A stretch of DNA of 64,000 nt, from assembly GCA_038087875.1 (NCBI GenBank), contig CM075988.1, positions 1,178,001-1,242,000 on the forward strand, written 5' to 3'. Of the stretch, positions 25,901-37,900 are shown piece after piece. The number at the start of each line of letters is the position of its first letter. Within the stretch, counting starts at the first letter, position 1. A model generated the notes under the pieces. It saw only the letters and a program-made list of their open reading frames with translations. It ran no database searches and was not told the origin of the DNA. Both the position numbers and the translations under genes were made by a program. The stretch is from Malacoraja senta. Lineage: Eukaryota.

Positions 25901-28900
25901 CTCCTTCTCTCCCCTTCTCCCCCCCCTCCCCTTTTAAAGGACTTACCGTACACTGTGCTAGCCGTCTTAATTAGAGAGCCAACCTTCTTGTTCATGGCGG
26001 TGTTGGTCTGTATCACCTTGGCTTTGCACCGTGTGAATTTCAGTGTGTGGGTGTGTGTGTTTGCGTGCGTGCGTGTGTGTTATACTCTGACAGTCGCCGT
26101 TCCAGTTAACGTTTTTTCAGACGACTGCGGCATCTTGACAGTCCGCTTAAAGATGGCCTAAGTGGGACAGGTCTATAAGGGGTAAGCATTTTAGAACGGA
26201 GATGAGGAAAAACTTTTTTATACAGAGAGTTGTGTTTCTGTGAAATTCTCTGCCTCAGAAACCATCTTACACGCCTCCATCAAGCAAGTCCTCAGCCTCT
26301 TCTCTCTAGGGACAACATGCCAAGCCTGACCAATCACTCCCCATAACTGAACACCTCTAGTCCAGGTAACATCCTTGTGAAGAAAGACACAATGTGCTGG
26401 AGTAACTCAGCCGGTCAGGCAGCATCTCTGGAGAAAAAGGATGGATGACGTTTTGGATCGGAAACCCTTCTTCAGACCCGAAACGCCATCTATGCCTTTT
26501 CTCCAGAGATGCTGTCTGACCCACTGAACTACGTTTTGTTTCTATCTTCGGTTTAAACCAGCATCTGCAGTTCCAGAAATTCAGTATCTCTGGAGAGAAA
26601 GACACACTTTGGGTCAGGACCCTTCTATAGACTTCAGTCTGAAGAAGGGTCCTGACCCAAAATGTCACCTAGAGTTGCTGCCTGACCCACTGAGTTACTC
26701 CAGTACTGTGTCCATCTCAGGTCAGGAAGTGCATTTGAGCATCTGCGCTCAGTGGAAGCTGCATTTAGAGTATATGATCGCTGTGAAACATTGGCTGGTG
26801 GGGTGGGCTTGCGAGTGTGTGCTGATGGGAGTAGACGTGGGCATTGGGACCCTTCAGACACAACACCTTCACGCTGTCATCACTGATGGAGCTGGAGTGT
26901 CTACGAGTGTCGGAAGGAAATGTCTCCATGCAGCTTCTCTCCTGGGTTACTTGTCCGTGGCAGTGTTCACGTGTAGGTGGGTGGAGGGAAGTGGTCACTG
27001 CATTGGCCATTTGGTCATTGCATGCCAGTTACGTTTGAAACAATCCTCTTGCACTTTGTCGATAGTGACTAAAGACAAAAGTGACAAAAGGTGCTAGAGA
27101 TCTTTCTCTAGCACCTCACCATAACCCTGAACAAGCTGCTGCATGGACCCAGCGGCATCTGCCCAATGAGGATGGCTACATTGGGCAGATGTGCCCGCAC
27201 CCCAGTCCTGTCACCACTGCCACCAGTGCCCCCTCACTGTCCCAGCCAGTGCCCCTCACTGTCCCAGCCAGTGCCCCTCACTGTCCCAGCCAGTGCCCCT
27301 CACTGTTCCATTCAGTGGCTAGTGTTCTGCCCTGGTCCAAGAAGCCCACTGACCAGCAATACCCTGGGGTGCCAGGATACCCAGAGCCATCCTCTCTAAT
27401 CTCCAATGTTGGTGCAACAGCCCAGACTCAAAAACCATGCGGCATTTCTCTGCCTCTGCCTCTGCGCTCGTTCCGAGACGCCGGTGACAACAGACATGGT
27501 CCTTCTCAAGTGTTGCCTCAGAAGCAGAATGAGGCCATTCCACCCATTGTCTACCCCATCATTCAATCATGGCTGATCTATCTCTCCCTCTCAACCCCAT
27601 TCTCCTACCTTCTCCCCATAACCCCTGACACCCGCACTAATCAATCTGTCAATCTCCACCGTAAAAATATCCACTGACTTGGTCCGTGGCAAAGAATTCC
27701 ACCGATTCACCACCCACTGAATAATGGCATGTCTCCTCAAATCCTTCCCAAAGCCTCGCCCTCAGCCCTGAGTGACCACCATCCCAGACCACGGCCCCCC
27801 ATCCCAGACCCCAGCCCCATCCCACACCACTGCCCCCCATCCCACACCACGGCCCCCATCCAAGACCGCTGCCCCATCCCAGACCACGGCCCCCCATCCC
27901 AGACCACGGCCCCCCATCCCACACCACTATCCCCATCCCACACCACTACCCCCATCCCACACCACGGCACCATCCCAGCCCACAGCCCAGGGACCTTCAT
28001 TGCCTTTGATGCAGAATGACTCACCTCCGGTTTTGTATCTCCACATAGTCCTTGCAGACATTGTTCTCGTCTAGATTTTGCAAAAGGAACACTTTAAACA
28101 ACACCTTTATGTGGTAGGGCGGATCCACCTGAGGAGAGAATGGATCCATGGTGAGCCTGGGGTCAGAGAGCGGGCGCAGACAACCCGAACCAGAGGGGCA
28201 TCGCGGGCACCACTCGCAAAAAAACATCCTCCCCCCCACTCACCCGCTGGGGGATGAGCAGGGAGGACCCAGCCTGCAGGCACTGCCCAATACTGATGGA
28301 AACCAAACCAGGTCCTCCGCAGAGGCCCGATGTTCCAGGCCGTTCTCGCCGGGTGATGTTGTTCCAGCGTCGGGAGAGTCCTCCCAGCGGCCTGGGAACC
28401 CTGGAACGGCCGCTTCCGCACTGGGGGCCGCGGCTTCCGAAGCCAACAAGGCCGCGCCGGTTGGAGCTCCACAACTGGCAATCTCATCTAGAGATCCCAG
28501 GCTCCCGGTGTAAAGTTCAGCGCCGCCGCCCGCAGTTGGTCGCTCCACAGTCCCGCAGCTCCGCGATGTTTTCTCCAGCGATCCTCAGCTCACCGGAGCT
28601 CCAGCGCGGCGACACGGGCAAGGCATCGCCCGCTCCGCGATAGCGCTCCAGCACTGTGCCGCCGCCGAAGCCGAGGCTCTGGGTGGTCCCCAACAGGAAA
28701 CGGCACTCCAGGCCCGCTGGTAGGCCGCGAGGACGGGTCGAAGCTGCAGCCCGGAGAAAAGCTGCCTCTCCGGTCAGGTAGGGAACCTGAAAAGTAGTTT
28801 CCCCCTTCCCCCCCCACACAAAAAAGTCTAGATCTCCAAAACAAAACACTTTACTGACTAAAATTAAAAAAAAAGGTGAAAGGGCAGACAGCTGTTGGCT

Positions 28901-31900
28901 GGGCAGCCGAACACAGGTCAGCGCCCCCTATAAATACCGCACACACACTGCCATCTCAACCCAATGCTCCCATGCCAACCATCAGGGACCCAATTTACAC
29001 CCAGCTAATACCCAGCACTAAGTCCACAGCCTCAAGGTGTTTATAAACTCAGTCATAGAGCTGTGTAGCACGGAAACAGCCCCTTCAGCCCAGCTTGCCC
29101 TTGCCAACAAATTGCCATTCTGGATTAGTCCCATTTGCCTGCATTTGGCATATTTCATAATTCACTGATCAATTGTGGAGAAAGTTTGCCGTTGTCAAAG
29201 TGAAATTCAAATTCATCGTAGGTAGACAAAAATGCTGGAGAAACTCAGCAGGTGAGGCAGCATCTATGGATCTCACGAAGGAATAGGTGACGTTTCGGGT
29301 CGAGACCCTGTTACATTTGCACTTTGGAGAGGGTAAGGAAGAGGTTTTCCAGAACGGTGCCTGGATTAGAGGGCAACAGCGACAAGGAGAGGCTGGACAA
29401 AGTTGGATTGATGTCTCTGGAAAGACAGCGGTTGACGGGGGACCTGACAGGAGTTTACAAAATGTTGAGAGGCATTGATCGGGAAGACAATCAGAACCTT
29501 TTTCCCCAGGATGAAAATATCAAAGACTAGAGTTCACAAGTTTAAGGTAAGAGGGGCACAGTTTCAAGGAGATGTGTGGGCAAGTTTTTGGTGGGTGCCA
29601 GGAATGTGCTGCCTGGGGGAGGTGATGGAGACAGATACAATCATGGTGTTTGAGAGGCTTTTAGATAGGGACATGGAAATGAGGGAGGTGGATCACATGC
29701 CGGCAACTGGGATAAGATGAACTTGGCCATGTTTGACACAGACATTGTGGGCTGAGGGTCAGTTCCTGTGCTGTACTAGTCTATGTTTTAAACCTTAAAA
29801 GCCCTGTCCCATGGTACGTTCATTCCAAGAGCTCTCCTGAGTTTGCCCTGATTCGAACTCGGAAATTTATGGTAATGGCCACTCGTCGGTACTCGGGGCT
29901 CTCGTGGACATTTTTCAACATGTTGATAAAATCTTCACAAGTCTTCCCGTGCTTACCTGTCATTAGCGAGTCTTCCCGAGTATCTGCCATTAACGTTACG
30001 AGCCGCTAAGAGACGTCTCCAAGCTCCGACGTTCATTCTCCGTGCTTTCCACGAGTTTGATTTTTTTTAAACTCGGGAGAGCTCTTGGAATGAACTCGTA
30101 CCGTGGGACAGGGCTATAAGTAATTGTTTTTGTTAATTAACAGTCTGCACACCCCAAACCCTGGTCGTTATACTGGTAGCAACTGTCTAAACATAGTTGG
30201 GTGCTGAGCGACAGTGTACCCTGCTAGAGTGGCACATAGGAGGTTCCACCAGTCGAGAGCCAATAATAAAATGCTGATGTAAAAACCAGAGTAATCACTG
30301 GCTTAATGAAAATACGGGGATAAAATTAAAACTCACCAAGCGGAGTCGATCGACGTTAAAGGGATGTGAATTGCAGATAGTTGAAAAATAAGTCTGGATA
30401 CTGTATTAAACCCCAGGCTAAAGCACATGAACGGTGAGACCCATTCCCTCTGTGGGTCACGCAGCAGTGGAGAGGCCCACTGGCACACGTGATTCCAGAA
30501 TTAGGCCAATCAGCCCACCAAGTCTACTCCGCCATTCAATCATGGCTGATCTATCTCTTCCTCCTAACCCCATTCTCCTGCCTTCTCCCCGTAACCCCCG
30601 ACATCCGTGCTCCCGTACTAATCAGTTCAGGGTCTGAGACCAGGTATGGGAAAGATGGGGCAGGTGGACAATCTCCACAACCACAGCCCCCACACAGCAC
30701 GGCAGTGGGGAATGTGTCAGTCCCCAATTAAAGTGGGTGCCCAATGCCAGGAGAACATTCTAGAGCACTCCCACCACAGCTTGGGAAAGGAGTCACAGCA
30801 AAACATGGTGCCACAATGGTCAGGAAGATGGCCAAAGTCAACCCCCCCCCCCCCCCCAGCCCCCGGCACTGGGGTCACTCAGCAGGAGGCGACAGGGTGG
30901 GAGTCACAATGATGACAGCTCCACAGTCACCAATAGCTCACAAGGTCATATGTGACAGAAGCAGAATTAGGCCATTCGGCCCATCATGTCCACTCCTCCA
31001 TTCAATGGTGGCTGATCTATCTCTCCCCATAACCCCTGACACTGAAGTCTTGACAATTGGTGCTTTGTCCCACAGTCACCATCCAACACATTCATGGAGA
31101 CGTAGAGATACAGAGCAGAGCCAGGCCGGTGGTTGTCCCATCTCCCCGATGTCTGGACCAGCTCTGGCAGAGGCAGAGACCCTCCCCACAGCCGGCAGCA
31201 GCCCACTTCACTGAGGCTTCTGTAGCACGGAGCTGATGGGTGGAATGGCCTCCTATGACTGCAGGGGCACTGAGCCCGTACTGCTGTGGAAAGGCAGTGG
31301 ATGTACAGGACAGGGTGATAGAGTGCGGGTGTGGGAGTGGGACAGTTACAAGATCAGCAGAGAACCAGGTCCTGTTTGTAACTTCCCTGCTCGTATTCTC
31401 TGCCTCAGCTGGTGAAGGCAAGCACCCCGTATGCCTACTTTACCACTGTAGCAACCTGTGCCACCTTCAGGGAGTTTATCCACAAACGTTCCTCTCTCTC
31501 TCTCTCTCTCTCTCACCGCATCACCACCTCCTGTGACATTCCTCCCTGCCCCCAAAATGCCATCTCCACACATTCCTACAACCTCCTTAAACTTACTTTG
31601 GTGAAATGGCATCAACCTGAAGTACAGTTTCTCTCACCAATGATGTTCCTTCATCTGTTGAGTATTTCCAACACTTTGTATTTCTGTTGCAGGAGGGCAG
31701 GGCTCACTGACCCATGCGGCCATGCACCAGATGAGAACGAGTTCCGACAACATAGAGCAATGATGCAAACTTACCTTCAACACCCAGGTGCAGTCCGCAC
31801 GGGGTGGGTAGTACGCTGGATAATACGGGGAGGAGAAGTTGCCGAATCCTTGCAGAATCTTGCTGCACTCTGTGGAAACAAATGGCCCTTATGGTTAGTG

Positions 31901-34900
31901 AGGGCTGTTCCCACACCAGCAGCACAGAGGCAGCCTCCCAGCAGGCAGCTTCCCAGCAGGCAGCCTCCCAGCAGGCAGCCTCCCAGCAGGCAGCCTCCCA
32001 GCAGGTTACGGTCCTAGATTGGGGCAAGGTCTGTTTTGGAGGCATCAGACATTGCAGAGATTGACTGGGAGAGTCTGTTTACAAGTGGAAGGCTTTCAAA
32101 AGTGAGATAGCAAGCGTAGTGGGGCCGTATGTCCTATTAGGCTGAAGGGCAAGGCTGGCAGGTTTGGGGAACGCTGGATGTCAAGAGATATTGAGGCTCC
32201 GTTCAAGAAACAGGAATGAAATGTCAGATTTAGGCAAATAGGATCAAATAGGAACATGAATCTCGGTGAGTAGAGCAAGTGTAAGAGTTAAGAAGGCAGT
32301 CGGGAGTGGGGGGGGGGGGGGCAACACACACAAGAGGAAATGAAATGGAGAGAACTGGCCTAAAGGAAAATCCTGAGAGATTCTACAGGTTTATTAAGTG
32401 AAAGGGTGGCTGCAGAGAGAATAGAAAGGAGAAGGTTGGATAGGCTGGGACCTTTGAAGCATCGGAGGCTGAGGGTGTGTAGATTGAAATGTACAAGATC
32501 ACGAGGGGTTTGGATAAAGTGAACACTCACAGTCATTCCCGCAGGGGAGAGGCCAAAGGCTTAAGGTGAGAGGATGAGCTTCTGGGCAATGTTTTCATTC
32601 AGAAGATAGTCATTATAGAACTCAGAACATAAAACAATACAGCACAGCAACGGGCCATTCGGCCCACAATGTTTTTGCTGAACATGATGCCCGGTGAATC
32701 TGATCACATCTGTGTACAGAGGGATCCATACCCCTCTATGTCCCACACTTGCATGTGCCTATCCAAAAGACACTTAAACCCCACAATTATATCTGCCTCC
32801 ACCACCCCCCCCTGGCAAAAATACATTCCAGGCCCCAACCATCTCTGTGTGAAGAACAAATTGCCCTGTATACCGCCATTAAACTTACCTCCCTCTCCTT
32901 ATAGTTCTTCCCTCTAGTTGCACCCTGGGCAAAACGTTATCACTGCCTCTCATAGTTTTTATTATTCCCATCAAGTTCTGCAAAGCCCTAGAGAGCTGCA
33001 TCATGACTTCCTTACTCTTGTATTCAATGCCCCTAACGATGAGGACAAGCAGACCAAACGCTGCCTTTACCACCCTGTCTACTTGTGCTGCCACCTTCAG
33101 TGAACTTGGACTCCAAGATCTCTCTGCACATTAATGCTGTTCAGGGTCTTGCCATTAACAGCGTAAGTTATCGGGGAAGAGTTTTGAGGGCAAAGGGCCA
33201 AATGCAGGACCTGCCCAGAATGTAGACGGAAGTGTTGTGGACAGCACTGCTTCCGTGCTGACTATCTGACTGGGAATAAAACAACAGATGGGGACTGAAT
33301 GTGGATGATGACCTCTACCGGGTGGAGCAGCTCCAGGCACCAGGCACCCTCCTTGCTCCGTCGACTCCGTGCCCCGCGGATCCAATCCCGAGTGAGCTGC
33401 ATTGCCTGCTTTGCCCAGCAACAACCTGTGAGCCAGATCACAATCTGTGTCCCAGTGTGTGGCCCTGACACATGAGGAGAGACTTACCATATAACTATAT
33501 AACATATAACAATTACAGCACGGAAACAGGCCATCTCGGCCCTTCTAGTTTGTGGCGAACACTTACTCTCACCTAGTCCCATCTACCTGCACTCAGACCA
33601 TAACCCTCCATTCCTTTCCCGTCCATATACCTACCCAATTTATTTTTAAATGATAAAATCGAACCTGCCTTCACCACTTCCACTGGAAGCTCATTCCACA
33701 CAGCTACCACTCTCTGAGTAAAGAAGTTCCCCCTCATGTTACCCCTAAACTTCTGTCCCTTAATTCTCAAATCACGTCCTCTTCTTTGAATCTTCCCTAC
33801 TCTCAATGGAAAAAGCTTATCCACGTCAACTATGTCTATCCCTCTCATAATTTTAAAGACCTCTATCAAGTCCCCCCTTAACCTTCTGCGCTCCAAAGAA
33901 TAAAGACCTAACTTGTTCAACCTTTCTCTGTTACTTAGTTGCTGAAACCCAGGCAACATTCTAGTAAATCTCCTCTGTACTCTCTCTATTTTGTTGACAT
34001 CTTTCCTATAATTTGGCAACCAAAATTGTACACCATACTCCAGAATTGGCCTCACCAATGCCTTGTACAATTTTAACATTACATCCCAACTTCTATACTC
34101 AATGCTCTGATTTATAAAGGCCAGCACACCAAAAGCTTTCTTTGCCACCCTATCTACATGAGATTCCACCTTCAGGGAACTATGCACAGTTATTACTAGA
34201 TCCCTCTGTTCAACTGCATTCCTCAATTCGCTACCATTTACCATGTACGTCCTATTTTGATTTGTCCTGCCAAGATGTAGCACCTCACACTTATCAGCAT
34301 TAAACTCCATCTGCCATCTTTCAGCCCACTCTTCCAAATGGCCTAAATCTCTTTGAAAATCTACTTCATTATCCACAACAACACCTATCTTAGTATCATC
34401 TGCATACTTACTAATCCAATTTACCACACCATCATCCAGATCATTGATGTATATGACAAACAACAGTGGACCCAACACAGATCACTGAGGCACCCCACTA
34501 GTCACTGGCCTCCAACCTGAAAAACAGCCATCCACCATTACTCTCTGGCATCTCCCATTCAGCCCTGTTGAATCCATCTTGCTACACCACCATTAATACC
34601 CGACAATTGAACCTTCTTAACCAACCTTCCATGTGGAACCTTGTCAAAGGCCTTACTGAAGTCCATATAGACAACATCCACTGCTTTACCCTCATCAATT
34701 TCCCTAGTAACCTCTTCGAAAAATTCAAGAAGATTAGTCAAACATGACCTTCCAGGCACAAATCCATGTTGACTGTTCCTAATCAGACCCTGTTTATCCA
34801 GATGCTTATATATATTATCTCTAAGTATCCTTTCCATTAATTTGCCCACCACTGACGTCAAACTAACAGGTCTATAATTGCTAGGTTTACTCTTAGAACC

Positions 34901-37900
34901 CTTTTTAAACAATGGAACAACATGCGCAGTACGCCAATCCTCCGGCACCATTCCCGTTTCTAATGACATTTGAAATATTTCTGTCATAGCCCCTGCTATT
35001 TCTACACTAACTTCCCTCAATGTCCTAGGGAATATCCTGTCAGGACCTGAAGACTTATCCACTTTTATATTTTTCAAAAGTGTCAGTACTTCCACTTCTT
35101 TGAATCTCATAGTTTCACTTACGTTTTTGCTTGGGAACCTGTCGGAACTCAGCCTTGAAGCCAGGGTAGTTCTCATCGCTGTCGGTCATCAGTGTGACCA
35201 GCATCACATTGCGTGAGGACATCAGCTTGAAGGCGTTAGTCGGGGGGTACAATCCACAGCGCCTGTACACAGGACAGAGGGAGGCACAAGGTACACACAC
35301 CACCACCTCTCACCACCAACTCACCCCCTTCTCTACACCGACTGTTCATGTTCAGGTGATAGAAGCAGAATGAGGCCATTCAGCACATCATTTTTACCAT
35401 TCTATCATGACTAATCTATCTCTCCTCCTAACCCCATTCTCCTGCCTTCTCCCCATAAATCCTGACACTCGTACTAATCAAGAATATATCTATCTCAGCC
35501 TTAAAAATATCCAACCATCTTTTAACCATTGTCATTTTATCCACGTTTCCCACTTCCTTCGGCTACACATTCTTTATAGTCAGCATTCTTTGTGTGAAAA
35601 TGTTCAACATCTGATGCCCTTTAAATGTTTACCCCCTCACTTTAAAACTGCTCACTCTAGTCTGAGACTCCCCTTGAGGTGGTGGGGAGTGTGTGACAGG
35701 GGCCAGTGAGTGTGGGTCAGGGGAGTCTGGAGATATGACTGTGACCATTCACCTTGTCTGTGTCTGTAAGGTCACCCTTCACACTCCTGCGCTCCAGGTA
35801 AACCAGCCCTAGCCTTTCTGGTCTCTCCTTATAACCCAACCCTCTAGCCCAGCAACATCTTGGTGAATCTCTCTGCACCTTCTTCAGCTTAATGACATTA
35901 TATTGCACAACATTGTTGCCTATAGCCAGGTGACCAGAACTGCGCACAATTGCAGTCTCACCAACGTCTTGCACAGTTGTACGGTCATGCTCCAACTCCT
36001 GTACTCAACACCCTTCGCGGTGAAGGTGATGTGCCAAAAGCCTTCCTCACCACCCTGTCTACCTGTGTGGCCACTTCGAGGGGGAGAGGGTGACAGGGAT
36101 GGGGCGGGAGTGGGTCACAGGGCCAGGGGGAGAGTGTGACAGGGACGGGGGAAAGCTGGGTTTGGGAATTCTCTGCACCACTACAGGTTGTCACTTACTG
36201 TGTGATCTCCCGCTTCTCGATGGGACTGAGAGAGTCGTAGACGACCACAAAGTCATTGTGGCAAACACTCTCCAGGTCAAAGGTGACGAAGTTGAGTTCG
36301 AGGACGTGGTGGGGGTCCGCACGCAGCACCCACTGGCACCAGACGTTGGCGGGGTACGGGTTGTTGGGGAACCCCGGAGAGGAGAAGGTGCTGATCTCCC
36401 CACCCACCGCGTGCAGATCGAAGGCGCAGGTGTCTGTGGACAGTACGTCACAGCAGGGCAGGTTACAGCACATTACAATGCATTACAGTATGCCCACACC
36501 CCGCACTACAACCTCCCATCCTCAGGGCATCACTATGTTACACTGCAGCCCCCAGTCCACAGGGACATCCTGCTCCCCACACACAGTTGCCCATTAGCCA
36601 CTGCCCGCACCAGCCCCTGCACTTACGGTCCTTTGGTGGTTTCACCCTCCGGAGATCAGCACCTGGAAACACAGGGAGCATTCAACTTGAAGCTGGCACA
36701 AACACTCCCATCCAACCAACCCACCCACCATTCCTCCCTCCCAGCACGCTTCCCCACCAGTACTGCTGCTCCTCAATCCTCCTGCCCTAATCCCCCCTGC
36801 CCACATCCCTTGTCCCTCTGCCCCCATCCCCCCCACACCATGTATGTATGGGCAGAGTTTGGACGTTCTCCTGGGACCGTGTGGGTTTTCTCTGGGTGCT
36901 CAGTTTCCTCGCACACTCCAAAGACATACAGATTTGGTGGTTAATTGGCTTCTGTAACATTGTAGATTGTTCCTAGTGTGTGTAGGATAGTGTCAAGGGC
37001 CTATCCCACTTGCCGATTTGTTTCAGCTACTGCCGGCATGTCGCCTAAAGATTTAGAACATTTCAAAATCCAGCGGTGACCAAGAAATGTAGCGACACTT
37101 GAAAAAACACCGCCCGTCATACGTCATCACGCTGACCTGATTCGTCAGTCAATGATGCCGAAAGAATGGCCAAGTGGGACAGGACTTTTAGTGTGCGGGG
37201 ATCGCTGGTCAGCTCAAACAATATGAACGTGGCTCAACGACAGAGGGGGCAGCAAGTGACCTCTTCCCAGGAACTGAAGTAGTGAAGATGACTTATGAAG
37301 AAGGGACCCGATTCAGAACCTCACCTATCCATGTCCTGAGCTACTCCAGCACTCTGTAACTTCCAGGGCAAGTGACTGAAGTGTCAGTGGAGGAGCACAC
37401 TAGGAACAGTGACAATAATTCCATTGGTTTTAAATTAGTTACTGAAAATTATAGGACTGTTCCTCAAGTTCTAAATCAGGCCAAGGCCAATTGTGATGGC
37501 ATTAGACAGGAACTATCATGGTTGATTGGGAGAGGCTGTTTGCAGATGTAAGGGACATCTCACAATTGGGAGGCTTTCTAAAGTGAGACCGGGAGAGCAG
37601 CATTTAGAGTGCATGGTAAGGATGGTAGGATTATCCCAACCTGGCTGATGTGGTCAGGAACAAAGAGGCAGCATATGTCATGTACGTCCAAATGGGACCA
37701 ACAGAATCCCCAGAGGAGTGTAAGAGATGTGGGAGGACACACGAGTGGGAAATCAGTAGGTCAAAAGATTCTACAGAATAAAGAGAGCGAATGGGTAACT
37801 GGAGCAAGAACGCGTCCCCTTATCTATTTCCCACAGCTCTCTAGACTACACTTCTTCCCACCCTGCTTCCTGTAAAGACTCTATCCCCCACTCCCAATTC

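Noticed and set aside
28107..28849. Cluster of overlapping GC-rich ORFs (also 1055-1625 and 52464-52812)
   Set aside because: High GC suppresses stops; they lie in repeats and show no recognisable domain
30337..30393. Possible 57-nt in-frame cassette exon in intron 9 ([22 protein letters not shown]|gtgagt)
   Set aside because: Poor polypyrimidine tract and it would interrupt the CUB2 fold; no support without RNA data
34559..35176. ORF fusing exon 8 sequence to the CR1 reverse transcriptase
   Set aside because: It uses a different frame from matriptase; the gene's own frame stops two codons into the intron
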